A stretch of 64,000 nucleotides of DNA. It comes from a candidate division WOR-3 bacterium. GTDB taxonomy: Bacteria; Hydrothermota; Hydrothermia; JBDRYB01. The DNA lies in assembly GCA_039803205.1 (NCBI GenBank), contig JBDRYB010000003.1, positions 4,999 through 68,998 of the forward strand, read 5' to 3'. Made by a program: the position numbers and the translations under genes. This document shows, one piece after another, positions 38,696-48,272 of this stretch. Within the stretch, counting starts at the first letter, position 1. Each line of letters starts with the position of its first letter. Below the pieces are notes generated by a model. It made no database searches. It was not told the origin of the DNA and saw only the letters and a program-made list of their open reading frames with translations.

Positions 38696-41467
38696 TTGAT
38701 AGAGGCCCTCGGGCCGCTTGAGGAGTTATCCCATCTGGACTCCCGTTGGCCATCCGGGTTCAAGAGCGTTATCCTGGCTCGGATCGCCCGGGAGCGTGGG
38801 GGTGTTTTTTATTCTCCAAAGGAGGACCCAACAGATGTCAAGGAAGAGCTCTCCTCCTTCGGGGTTGCCGCGGTGGGCACTCAAGAGGATTGGAGGGAGG
38901 CCATTTCCCCTGGCAAGCCTCTCGTGTTCATCGGGCCCACGAGAGACATCCCCCGCACCTTAGAGAAGCTCGATTCCATGAGGTTCACCCGCATAGCGCC
39001 GGGCGCGCGGGTCTCGCCCGAGGACCTGATGCGCGCCCTCTCAGAAGGAGGCCTTGAGAGGGTTGATTTCGTTGAACTACCAGGAGAGTTCTCCAGGCGC
39101 GGCGGGATAATTGACCTTTTCCTTCACTCCCTGGCTTCCCCTGTCAGAATAGAGTTCGTAGGAAACAGGGTTGAGTCCATCCGAGAGTTCTCCGTCGTCA
39201 CTCAGAGGTCAACCGGCGCGGCAGACGAGATCTGGGTTCCTGATCCCCGCGGCGCTCCGCTCGGCATCGGAGAATTGGTGCAATTGGGAGAGGAGCGCTC
39301 AAACCCCTTGCCCTTTGATGTTCAGGCAACTCCGGAATTCAGAGGGGATGTGGCTTTGTTCTACAGCTCAGCAAAAGAACTCGCAGAAAGGGGCTACGAG
39401 ATCAATTTCTTCACCCTTGAGGAGTGGCGTTTCAGGAGGCTGAATGAGGTGGTCCCGTGCAGGTGGATTAAGGGAGAACTCAGGCACGGGTTCATCATCC
39501 CCCACCTCTCTCTCGTCGGAATGAGCTCGGGAGAGATAGTGCAAGTTGAACGCGCGGCTAGGCTTCCCGGCCCGAGGATAGAGAGCATAGAGGCGCTTGA
39601 GGAGGGTGACTATGTGGTTCACATTGATTACGGCATAGGGAGATACGCTGGGCTTGAGAGGGTTGAGATAGGAGGGGGGCTTTACGAGTGCGTGGTCGTT
39701 GAATACGCTGATGGAAGGCTACTCGTTCCCTCACATGACCTCTCCCGGCTCTCCAGGTATGTTGGGCCAGAGGGTTTTAATCCCCCGCTATCCCAAATAT
39801 CAAAACCAACCATGTGGCTCCGGCGGCGCAACCGGGCCGCGGCGGACGCGGCAAGGATAGCGAGAGAATTGGTCTTCACAGCCGCTATAAGGAAATCAAG
39901 GAGAGGCCACGCCTTTGGGCCGGACACCCCGGAGCAACGAGAGCTTGAAATGGCATTCCCATTTCCCGAGACCCCGGATCAGGAAAAGGCGATAGAGGAT
40001 GTGAAGAGGGACATGGAATCCCCGAAGGTGATGGAGAGATTGGTCGCGGGCGAGGTCGGTTTCGGAAAGACGGAGGTCGCCCTCAGGGCATCTTTCAAGG
40101 CGGTAATGGATGGGAAGCAGGTTGCCATACTCGTTCCAACTACCCTGCTTGCCCTCCAGCACACCAGGACATTCCAGGAAAGGCTATCCAGGTTCCCAGT
40201 GAGGGTTGAGATGGTCTCGCGGCTGGTCTCCGGGAGGAAAATAAAAGATATCCTACAAGACCTCAAGTCCGGCAAGGTTGATATTGTCATAGGGACGCAC
40301 AGGCTCCTTGCGAAGGATGTGGCTTTCAAGGACCTCGGCCTCCTGGTCATTGATGAGGAGCACAGGTTCGGCGTCAGGCAAAAGGAACGCCTGAAACGCC
40401 TGAAGATAACGGTTGATACCCTCCTCATGACAGCGACCCCTATCCCCAGAACGCTTTCCATGGCCCTCGGCAAGATAATGGACATGTCCGTAATTGAGAC
40501 GCCGCCCATAGGGCGCCAGGAAACAGAGACATGGGTGGGCGAGTTCTCAGAGCGGGTGGTAAAGAACGCGATAAACCGGGAGCTAAACAGGAACGGTCAG
40601 GTCTTTTACATAAGAAACAGGATAGAAGGCCTCTCCGAGAGGGAAAGGAGCCTCAGGAGGATGTTCCCCGAAGCGAAGATAAGGGCTATTCACGGAAGGC
40701 TCAGGGGAAGAGAAATAGAGCGGGCTTTCCTGGATTTCTACGAGGGCAAGATAGATATACTCCTCTCAACAGCCATAGTTGAGTCCGGAATAGATTTCCC
40801 GAGGGCAAACACCCTTATCGTTGAGCAGGCTGAGCTCTTCGGCCTCTCAGAGCTTCACCAGCTCAGGGGGCGCGTTGGAAGGGGGAGCGTAAAGGCTTAT
40901 GCGTTCTTCTTCACTGGAAAGGACATAGATAAAAAGCCGAAGGCAAAGCGCAGGCTCTCGGCTCTTGCCAGATACCACCACATCGGCTCAGGGATGAAGA
41001 TAGCCCTGGCTGACCTCTCTATAAGAGGGGGAGGGGACCTCCTCGGCCTGGCTCAACACGGCCACGCGAGGGGTGTGGGATACACCCTTTATTTCAGCCT
41101 TATAGATGAGGCCATAGAGAGCTTGACTTACGGTGGAACCAGGAGAGAGACCCTTCTTGAGATACACGCCCCCGCGCTCATTCCAGAGGCATACCTGGAT
41201 GATCCGACCCTCAGAATGGCTTATTACACGAGGCTTTCAGAGGCTAGAGCCATCTACGAGATAGACGAGACCGAGGACGAGATGAGGGACAGGTTCGGGC
41301 CTCTGCCGCCCGAGTTGGAAAACCTACTCAACGCTCACAGGGTGAGGTTATGGGCGGGAGAGCGCGGATACGAGAGGGTGATCTTCTCTCCGGATATTGT
41401 GCAGCTCAGACGCGAGGGAGAGGAGGAAACATTGCCGACTGAGGGGATACTGGGAGAGCTTATCTAG
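38696..41467 (+). CDS. mfd: Transcription-repair coupling factor (shortened N-terminus)
   Basis: RNAP-interacting D4 (VVHIDYGIGRYAGLE...); SF2 motor motifs GEVGFGKTEVAL, DEEHRFG, TATPIPRT; TRG/D7. Confidence 0.85.
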   Translation: MIEALGPLEELSHLDSRWPSGFKSVILARIARERGGVFYSPKEDPTDVKEELSSFGVAAVGTQEDWREAISPGKPLVFIGPTRDIPRTLEKLDSMRFTRIAPGARVSPEDLMRALSEGGLERVDFVELPGEFSRRGGIIDLFLHSLASPVRIEFVGNRVESIREFSVVTQRSTGAADEIWVPDPRGAPLGIGELVQLGEERSNPLPFDVQATPEFRGDVALFYSSAKELAERGYEINFFTLEEWRFRRLNEVVPCRWIKGELRHGFIIPHLSLVGMSSGEIVQVERAARLPGPRIESIEALEEGDYVVHIDYGIGRYAGLERVEIGGGLYECVVVEYADGRLLVPSHDLSRLSRYVGPEGFNPPLSQISKPTMWLRRRNRAAADAARIARELVFTAAIRKSRRGHAFGPDTPEQRELEMAFPFPETPDQEKAIEDVKRDMESPKVMERLVAGEVGFGKTEVALRASFKAVMDGKQVAILVPTTLLALQHTRTFQERLSRFPVRVEMVSRLVSGRKIKDILQDLKSGKVDIVIGTHRLLAKDVAFKDLGLLVIDEEHRFGVRQKERLKRLKITVDTLLMTATPIPRTLSMALGKIMDMSVIETPPIGRQETETWVGEFSERVVKNAINRELNRNGQVFYIRNRIEGLSERERSLRRMFPEAKIRAIHGRLRGREIERAFLDFYEGKIDILLSTAIVESGIDFPRANTLIVEQAELFGLSELHQLRGRVGRGSVKAYAFFFTGKDIDKKPKAKRRLSALARYHHIGSGMKIALADLSIRGGGDLLGLAQHGHARGVGYTLYFSLIDEAIESLTYGGTRRETLLEIHAPALIPEAYLDDPTLRMAYYTRLSEARAIYEIDETEDEMRDRFGPLPPELENLLNAHRVRLWAGERGYERVIFSPDIVQLRREGEEETLPTEGILGELI

Positions 41468-42450
41468 ATCTTAACCAGCCTCCTCGTCCTCTGGCCGACC
41501 CTCATGATGTAGACCCCTGGTCTCAGTCCCCTCAGATCGTTGGTTCCCTCTCGGATTTTAACCACGGGAGCGCCTGATATGTCATAAAGCACGGCTTCGC
41601 TGATCCCGTTTGGAAAACTAACCGTGAGAAAGTCCTCAACGGGATTCGGGGATACAACGAGCCTCTTCGGAGATGAAGGCGCCTCGCCCTCTCCGATTGG
41701 CTTACACGGTGGTGATGAGAGCCAGGCAAAGACATTCAATAGGAGCTCGTCGTTGTTGGGGCCATAGGAGAGGTATGTGTTATCCCACAGGTTTATGTCC
41801 GAAATCAGAATTACGCCCCCCTGACCATCCACGCATCGCCCAGCCATGGCTCCGTATCCGCCCATCCAGCCGATTATCTCTGAGGGAGCTGAGGCACCAA
41901 CCGCCCCCGGAGCCGCCGTGCAGACCCCTTCTGGTGTTATCCCTGCGAATATCTGAGCGTAGGTCGGGTTAGAGGTGAAAGATGAATAACACTGCTGTGG
42001 GTCGCCGAGGCCGACGCTCATTCCAAGCCTGCTGACGACCTGCGCGAGGTTTCCGTTCGGGCATCCGGTGTTCTCGGACTGGATGAGAACAGAACCTCCC
42101 CTGGCAACGAAAGCGGCAAGGCTATCCGCCTCTGAGGCCGTATACGCGGAATACCAGTTTGAAGCCAGGTTTATCACCACTATCCTGTAGGGGCTCAGGT
42201 CCATATTGTCAACCCCCGAGGAGGTGGTGCTCAGAGCGTAGCCGTTGGATGTCAATATGCTGGCCAGGGTTGAGTATTGACTGGTCAGGTCATAACAGTA
42301 GCCGGGGCAGAAAACCCCGTGGGTGTAGTCCCAGAGGACAGAGACATCCTTTGGGCTAGGGGGCGCGGGTGAAACGGGGTTTTCATGGTTGGAACCTGCA
42401 CCCTCAAGGCCCGTGGTAGGATCAAATAGGCATATCAGCAGAATAAGCAT
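41464..42450 (-). CDS. Secreted hypothetical protein with T9SS-type C-terminal domain
   Basis: Start at ATG 42450 with GGAGG SD and TATAAT about 25 nt upstream; signal peptide; C-terminal GVYIMRVGQRTRRLVKI. Confidence 0.5.
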   Translation of the reverse strand: MLILLICLFDPTTGLEGAGSNHENPVSPAPPSPKDVSVLWDYTHGVFCPGYCYDLTSQYSTLASILTSNGYALSTTSSGVDNMDLSPYRIVVINLASNWYSAYTASEADSLAAFVARGGSVLIQSENTGCPNGNLAQVVSRLGMSVGLGDPQQCYSSFTSNPTYAQIFAGITPEGVCTAAPGAVGASAPSEIIGWMGGYGAMAGRCVDGQGGVILISDINLWDNTYLSYGPNNDELLLNVFAWLSSPPCKPIGEGEAPSSPKRLVVSPNPVEDFLTVSFPNGISEAVLYDISGAPVVKIREGTNDLRGLRPGVYIMRVGQRTRRLVKI

Positions 42451-42613
42451 AAAAACCTCCTGTGCCTTCATATTATAAAAGCACCAGTTGATCCCGCGCA
42501 ATAGGATCGCCCCCCGGTTTATGATCTCAAAGAAAGCATAAATGAGCCCTCATGGAAGAGCTCAACGAGACCGAGATAATGAAGAGGAACCCGAAGGACA
42601 CTGAAACCAGGGA

Positions 42614-44053
42614 TCAGAACCTTCCTATGAGCCAGAGCTTTATCCCCTCAAACTCCGGCTCGGTCCTGCATATCCCCCCTGAGCAGATTACTCCGGCCGG
42701 CTGAGACCCATAGAAAACCATAGCGTCAAGGCGCTCGTTCAGGTGAACCGAGAGCTCAACCGATTGCCAGACCCCGAGCCTCTCTCCTCCGGTCTCCCTT
42801 CGCTCTGTCCTCCCGAACCAGAGAGAGCCCCAAGGTCCCCAGCCCACTCCCAGCTTGAGCTTCCCATCAAAGTAATCCAGGGTGTCAATGAGCTCAACCG
42901 TGTCAGCGTAATATGGGTAGATGTCTCGCCTAATCCTGTGATCGTAGGAGAGGGTAAGAGAGCCCTTGCCCATGAAATAGAGCACTGCCTCAGCCCCAGG
43001 GGTCATCTCGGCCCTCTTCGTGACCAGGGCCTCAAGGGAATCGTTGTATATCTCTCGGAGAACCCCGTTTACCAGGATGTGATCCAGCTTCGCTGTGGCG
43101 CGGAACAGCCCAGTGCGCCTGTAGCTGGCCAAAAAATAGTTCTCCTCAACCCGCTGGGAACCGATAGACCTCTCAGAAAGGCTCCTGTGGCCCGTCAGGG
43201 TCAGGCCCTCTATTGGGTTTGCGTTCAGGGTAATCCCATGGCCTGCCTCATCTATGCTGTCGGTGAGGTATACCCCATAGTGGTTTATGGGCGGAGGGTT
43301 ATTGAACCCATTCCCCAGGAGGTTGTAGTCCTTTGACTCAAGTAGGATGTTGAACCTGGGGAGGCCAAGGGATACCGCCGCGTAGTAGCTTGTGGTTGTG
43401 CTATCCGGAGTGCTGTCCCCAGCATAATAATATGGCACATAGAAACCCTCTCGTCTGACCAATTCCCCATAGACGCTGACCAGCGAGGATGCCAGCTCTG
43501 CCGAGCCCGATATGAACTCCTGCTTGTATGTGCTGTCATACTGGGGCCAGTTGACGCGGGCGTATACGCCCGTTAGGTTTAGGTGAGGCAATCCCACAAA
43601 GGAAAGCCTGCCTGCCCTCAGGGTGTGTTCCTGATCTTTCTTGAAATCGTAATAATATATCTCTCTCTTTGTCCCCGATAGGAACTCACCCTCAAATGGG
43701 CCAAGCCTCGCCCTCACATCCCCTCCCTCAAGCCACCTGTCAAGCATCAGCTGATCGTCTCTGACGCTTGCGAGGACGAGGCCTCTGCCAAAAGAGGCAT
43801 AGTAGCTCCCGCCCCTCGCGCTTATAGCATCAGAATTGTAGGCCGCATATCTCTGAGTCAGGTCCTCATACCTGGGGAAATTCGGCCTATTCGGCTGGAG
43901 ATAGAGGAACTTTCCGCCCACCTCCCAGCTCTCTAGGTAAAGCGCCGCGTCAAAGATGCTCTGAAGCCTTTCGTCATCCGAACTCCTCCACTTCCAGTAT
44001 TGGATGTCCGTAGAACCAGTAAAAAATACCTGGGCGAGAATGAGGGTGACCAT
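42614..44053 (-). CDS. Putative outer-membrane beta-barrel protein
   Basis: Signal-like N-terminus, high Tyr/Gly beta composition, C-terminal ...LWLIGRF. Confidence 0.45.
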   Translation of the reverse strand: MVTLILAQVFFTGSTDIQYWKWRSSDDERLQSIFDAALYLESWEVGGKFLYLQPNRPNFPRYEDLTQRYAAYNSDAISARGGSYYASFGRGLVLASVRDDQLMLDRWLEGGDVRARLGPFEGEFLSGTKREIYYYDFKKDQEHTLRAGRLSFVGLPHLNLTGVYARVNWPQYDSTYKQEFISGSAELASSLVSVYGELVRREGFYVPYYYAGDSTPDSTTTSYYAAVSLGLPRFNILLESKDYNLLGNGFNNPPPINHYGVYLTDSIDEAGHGITLNANPIEGLTLTGHRSLSERSIGSQRVEENYFLASYRRTGLFRATAKLDHILVNGVLREIYNDSLEALVTKRAEMTPGAEAVLYFMGKGSLTLSYDHRIRRDIYPYYADTVELIDTLDYFDGKLKLGVGWGPWGSLWFGRTERRETGGERLGVWQSVELSVHLNERLDAMVFYGSQPAGVICSGGICRTEPEFEGIKLWLIGRF

Positions 44054-44071
44054 GAGGCTCTCCTTTTCGTT

Positions 44072-44530
44072 CTACTGGCCCAGAAGCTCCTGAACCTTGT
44101 TCTTTATCTCCTCCTCTTGACCAGATGTGAAACCAACTCGCTGATACACTATTTCCATGTTCTTATCCACTATGACCGTCACCGGCACAGCCATTGCCTT
44201 GTATTTCAAGGAGACCTTCTTGTCGGGGTCAAGGAGGACAGGGAACTTCCAGCCCCTGCCGTCTTTGGTGCTCTTGACCTCTGAGAGCTTTCTGGGGGAG
44301 TCCTGGCTTATCCCCAAAACCATAAGGCCCTTGTCCCTGTTGGCCTTGTATAGCTCGTTTGAGTAGTCCAATAGGTCCTTGCAGTTCGTGCACCATGTTG
44401 CCCAGAAAACCATGAGAACCGGCCCGGACTTAACCAGCTCCGAGAGAGTAAATGAGTTTCCGTCTGTATCCTCAAGGGTGAAGTCCGGCGCGGTCGCCGT
44501 CATCAGGATTCCCATGAGAAGCCCTGTCAT
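44072..44530 (-). CDS. TlpA/ResA-like thiol-disulfide oxidoreductase (thioredoxin fold)
   Basis: LMVFWATWCTNCKD CxxC motif in the AhpC/TSA-TlpA context; AGGAGG SD. Confidence 0.7.
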   Translation of the reverse strand: MTGLLMGILMTATAPDFTLEDTDGNSFTLSELVKSGPVLMVFWATWCTNCKDLLDYSNELYKANRDKGLMVLGISQDSPRKLSEVKSTKDGRGWKFPVLLDPDKKVSLKYKAMAVPVTVIVDKNMEIVYQRVGFTSGQEEEIKNKVQELLGQ

Positions 44531-44540
44531 GTCAATCCTC

Positions 44541-45572
44541 CTATTTTATAAGCTTTGCAGTTTTCGTTCCAAACCCCGTCCTCGCGACGAGGATGTGGAC
44601 CCCTTTGCCCAGGCCAGAGAGAGAAAACCCATGTTCTCCGGCCGAAAGTCTTCCGGAGACGAGCTCTCGCTCGGCCCTTCCAGCGGGATCATACGCGTCT
44701 ATTTTGACCCAGGTCTCTGATGGGATGTTCAGATACAGCGTTCCGGATGAGAGCCAGATGTCAAATCCTGGGGCTTTTGGGGTATCCTCATGGGCCCCTG
44801 AGCCGTAAACAACCTTTATCTGTTTTGATTGGTGGACCAGGTGAGTCTGGTAGCTCTGAACGAATATCGTCGCGTCAAGGGACTCTGGGTTCCATCCGGA
44901 TATGTTGAAGGTCCAAACGAACCGCTGGGTATCCCCTGCCTGTGAGACGAGGAGGCTGTCGCCTGTTGGCTTTGATATGATGTCCCTCATTATGAACCTG
45001 TTGTAGCGGCCATCCCCAAAGACATGCCGCTCAGTTATCACGCAGAAAACCCTGGGATCGGGCGCGGTGGGAGGGAGGGTTGTCTCAATCTTTATGAGGC
45101 ACTCAACGATCCCGGAGGTGGATGTGCATGTGGCACCAGCATCTATGATTATCGGCGAGACGACCCACTTCCAGTTGTTGACCCTGTTCTTGTAGCGGTT
45201 ATAGTCCCCGGTGGTGTCATCCGTGGAGCCCAGTTCGCGATCAACCCCCGTGAACCACACATCAGGCACCCCTGATACCCCATAAAAATTGAAGCGGTAT
45301 GTGGCATCCGAGCCGGAAAGCCCTTGCATGTATTGTATGACGCTCACGGTATCCGAGAAATCCCTGGCTAGCCACTCGCAAGCCGCATTGGAAAACGGAC
45401 AGTGAGGACATGTTGTGCTACTGAATGCCTCCACCAGAACGCTCCTCTGCGCGGCCCAAAGCAGTCCAACCAACCCCAAAAGCAAAAAGATCCTCTTCAT
45501 AGCTTGTAGATTATAGATCAAAAAAGGGGGTGCTTTCAACCCGGGGTAGCCCGAGAACCCACATTTTCCCAT
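44541..45572 (-). CDS. Secreted thioredoxin-like (CPHC) protein with T9SS-type C-terminal domain
   Basis: Signal peptide; FSSTTCPHCP thioredoxin-type active site; C-terminal GVHILVARTGFGTKTAKLIK. Confidence 0.5.
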   Translation of the reverse strand: MGKCGFSGYPGLKAPPFLIYNLQAMKRIFLLLGLVGLLWAAQRSVLVEAFSSTTCPHCPFSNAACEWLARDFSDTVSVIQYMQGLSGSDATYRFNFYGVSGVPDVWFTGVDRELGSTDDTTGDYNRYKNRVNNWKWVVSPIIIDAGATCTSTSGIVECLIKIETTLPPTAPDPRVFCVITERHVFGDGRYNRFIMRDIISKPTGDSLLVSQAGDTQRFVWTFNISGWNPESLDATIFVQSYQTHLVHQSKQIKVVYGSGAHEDTPKAPGFDIWLSSGTLYLNIPSETWVKIDAYDPAGRAERELVSGRLSAGEHGFSLSGLGKGVHILVARTGFGTKTAKLIK

Positions 45573-45589
45573 GCTGGATATGAGAGGGA

Positions 45590-46054
45590 CTATCTTCTGT
45601 GAAACAGCCCCTCCTCAGCGTGGCAGGACAGGCACTTCCCCCCTTTTCCCTTAAGATAAAGCCCATGATCAACCCTGGCCTGGGGGGTCATTGAGGGGGA
45701 GAGAAGCTCCCTGTGGCACCTGCGACACCCTTCATCCCTCACCGATAGGATTGCCCTCGCTTTTCTCTCTTCCTGAGGGGAATACCTGTGCACCATGTGT
45801 TTGAGAATGTTTGTCCCAGCCTCAAGCGCAGAATAGCCGTGGCAATCCGTGCAGATCGGGATTATTCCCTCTGATTGGGAGCCGTGAACTGATGACCTGA
45901 AAGATCCTGCTGGCTCGCGCATCTCGTGACAGATGGTGCAAAGCCCTTCCTCTGATCTCTGGAAATAGGCCACGCCAGAAAAAACAGCCGCTCCAAGGAT
46001 CAGACCCAATCCTGTGAACGGGAGCCACCTCAGAGCATCTTCGCCTTTTGCCAC
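45590..46054 (-). CDS. NapC/NirT/NrfH-family membrane tetraheme cytochrome c
   Basis: N-terminal TM anchor; four CxxCH (CTICH, CTDCH, CRRCH, CLSCH); start reassigned to GTG at 46054 to avoid overlap with mazG. Confidence 0.7.
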   Translation of the reverse strand: MAKGEDALRWLPFTGLGLILGAAVFSGVAYFQRSEEGLCTICHEMREPAGSFRSSVHGSQSEGIIPICTDCHGYSALEAGTNILKHMVHRYSPQEERKARAILSVRDEGCRRCHRELLSPSMTPQARVDHGLYLKGKGGKCLSCHAEEGLFHRR

Positions 46055-46758
46055 AGCTCTTCCATCTCCTCCAGGCTCATCTCCTCGAGAGCAAAGCCTT
46101 TGGCCGCCGCGAGCTCCCTCATCTTCCTGAACCTCGCGAGGAATCGCGCGTTCGCATCGCGGAGGCATTCCTCAGCCGAATAGCCCAATTTCCTGGCGAG
46201 CATTGCCCCAGCAAACAGAATATCGCCGATCTCGTGCGCAACATCCGCATCAGCCGCGATAGCCTCGCGCAACTCCCTTATCTCCTCATCCAGCTTCCCG
46301 AGCACACCTTGGGCGCTTTCCCAGTCAAAACCGAGCCTCGCGGCCTTCCTGCCTATCTCGTCAGCGAGCATTAAGGCTGGCTGGCGCGTGTTGATCCCTT
46401 CTGGGAATTCCTCGCTTTTGCTCTTTTCCCACCTCTCAAGCACCTTTCCCATATCAGGGCTTTCCCCACCGAAAACATGCGGATGCCGGCCTTTCAGCTT
46501 CTCATATGCCCCTTCCAGAACCTCCTCAAGCTTGAAAATCCCCCTCTCCTCAGCTATTGCAACGAGCATGAGGATGACGATTATGGCGTCACCGAGCTCC
46601 TCAGAAAGCCCCTTACCGCTTTCAATTGCCTCAAGGACCTCGTAAGCCTCTGCCACAAGGGCTGTTCTCATGGATTCAAGGGTCTGCTCCCTGTCCCAAG
46701 GACAACCATCCGGTTCCCTGAGGCGTTTTATCAGGGCATATAGGTCGCCCAGCTCCAT
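46030..46758 (-). CDS. mazG: MazG-family nucleoside triphosphate pyrophosphohydrolase
   Basis: Two MazG EEXXE-type helices (EEVLEG..., HEIGDILF). Confidence 0.7.
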   Translation of the reverse strand: MELGDLYALIKRLREPDGCPWDREQTLESMRTALVAEAYEVLEAIESGKGLSEELGDAIIVILMLVAIAEERGIFKLEEVLEGAYEKLKGRHPHVFGGESPDMGKVLERWEKSKSEEFPEGINTRQPALMLADEIGRKAARLGFDWESAQGVLGKLDEEIRELREAIAADADVAHEIGDILFAGAMLARKLGYSAEECLRDANARFLARFRKMRELAAAKGFALEEMSLEEMEELWQKAKML

Positions 46759-46760
46759 AT

Positions 46761-48245
46761 CTAGAATATTATGGCCTTATCTCCTATGAAGTGCTCCCCG
46801 AAACCTATGTGCCAGAAATATACGCCCGGCGAGATCAGCCCTGGGATGAACACGGAGTTCTTGCCCTCTCCGAATTCAGAAGTGAGGGAATAGACGAGCC
46901 TGCCGGAGGCATCGTATATCCTTATGGCCGTCTGACCGCTGGCCGGAAGGGTAAAGTGAATGGTCCTGCCGCTCATGTATCCGGCCAGTCCCTTCTGGCC
47001 CTCGGCTTCTTCAACCCCCACTACATCCACGGTGTAGAGAAAGCTGAGCTGAGGGGTCGTATTATACCAGTTTATGCAGACAGGCATCAGAACGAGGGTA
47101 TCGTAATCAAGGGTTGGAACAGTGAAGGCCGCATATCCCTTATCGTCAGCCTCATGTTCATACACATCCGAAGGAACAGTTGGCCCTGACCTGTAGCCTA
47201 TCACGAGGACCTTCCATGTATAGTCATCCTCCCCGTCAAAGTAAAAGAAGAGGCTATCCGCAGAACCCCATGAATCAAAGACGATGCAGTCGCATCCCCC
47301 TGGCCCCCTTATCGGCAGTATTCCCTCGTTCCCTGAAGCGGGATAGGTATGGTGAGCTCTCAGGGTAAATATGGAGGCCCACAGGTTGGCCTCTGACCAG
47401 TGCCACTGATCCCAGTGGCCCCCCGTGAACCACCTCCAGGCCGCGTATTCTGTTAGGGCGTTCTCAAGGCTATCCCCGTAATCCCTCCTGAGAACGCCAT
47501 CTATGTCCCTCATGGTATGATTGCCCCAGTGAAGCCCGAGGGTATCCCAGATGGTTCTTATGATGTCCCTGTTGTTCTCCCAGAACATAAGGAAAAGGGG
47601 CCAGACCACGCCAGCGTATTCGTAGAGGTCGCTGGGGTTTGTCATGTGGGTTATTTCGTAATTGGGCCTTCTCAGGGGCCCTACGCCATTTATATAGCCT
47701 ATGTAGGTGTTGTCATCCGGATACACCATCTCCTCGGCCCACACCGCGCAGTTCTCAAAGAACCAAGTTCCATCCGAAACAGTGTATGAGAACTGGCAAG
47801 CGTGCATGAACTCGTGGCAGACCGTGCTCTTCATGTATCCGCCCAGGTTATCATCAACGGCTATGTAGGAATAAAAGTCCTCCTGATACGGGTCAGGGCC
47901 CTCTCCCTCTGGAGCGCAGTAGCCGAGAACACCTCCTGTAAGCCCGATTATGTGTATGTCATACCGGTTATCACCTCCGGCTCCGTTGTCAGGAGGGGGC
48001 GCATCAAAGCCCAAAGAGTCAACCTCAATCTCCCAAGAATACTCAGCTATCTCCGCTATCTGCCTCGCGTAGTCCTCTGATACAGCATATGCGCCAGTTG
48101 TGTCGTAGTGGATCCTGAAGTGCGTCGTGTCGTATGTGGTCTGGTTTGCTGGGCGGGGCATCCTGATCCCGTGCTCAAGGATATGTGGCGTGCCACATAT
48201 CCAATTTCCAAATAAACATAGTCCAAAAACCATGCCTGACATCAA
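46761..48245 (-). CDS. Secreted putative zinc metalloprotease (HExxH...E) with T9SS-type C-terminal domain, copy A
   Basis: VCHEFMHACQ...ENCAVWAEE gluzincin-like; C-terminal GVYFWHIGFGEHFIGDKAIIF. Confidence 0.5.
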   Translation of the reverse strand: MMSGMVFGLCLFGNWICGTPHILEHGIRMPRPANQTTYDTTHFRIHYDTTGAYAVSEDYARQIAEIAEYSWEIEVDSLGFDAPPPDNGAGGDNRYDIHIIGLTGGVLGYCAPEGEGPDPYQEDFYSYIAVDDNLGGYMKSTVCHEFMHACQFSYTVSDGTWFFENCAVWAEEMVYPDDNTYIGYINGVGPLRRPNYEITHMTNPSDLYEYAGVVWPLFLMFWENNRDIIRTIWDTLGLHWGNHTMRDIDGVLRRDYGDSLENALTEYAAWRWFTGGHWDQWHWSEANLWASIFTLRAHHTYPASGNEGILPIRGPGGCDCIVFDSWGSADSLFFYFDGEDDYTWKVLVIGYRSGPTVPSDVYEHEADDKGYAAFTVPTLDYDTLVLMPVCINWYNTTPQLSFLYTVDVVGVEEAEGQKGLAGYMSGRTIHFTLPASGQTAIRIYDASGRLVYSLTSEFGEGKNSVFIPGLISPGVYFWHIGFGEHFIGDKAIIF

Positions 48246-48272
48246 AGGCTCCTTTTAGAGCTGTAGCCCTCT

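Noticed and set aside
38696-41467. mfd flagged as possibly truncated (923 aa versus about 1150 in E. coli)
   Set aside because: All motor, RNAP-interaction and C-terminal modules are present; the shorter N-terminal UvrB-homology region is common in non-proteobacterial Mfd.
45590-46168. Long N-terminal extension of the tetraheme cytochrome
   Set aside because: It overlaps the mazG 3' end by 139 nt in another frame; a GTG at 46054 with an upstream GGAGG gives a sensible TM-anchored start.
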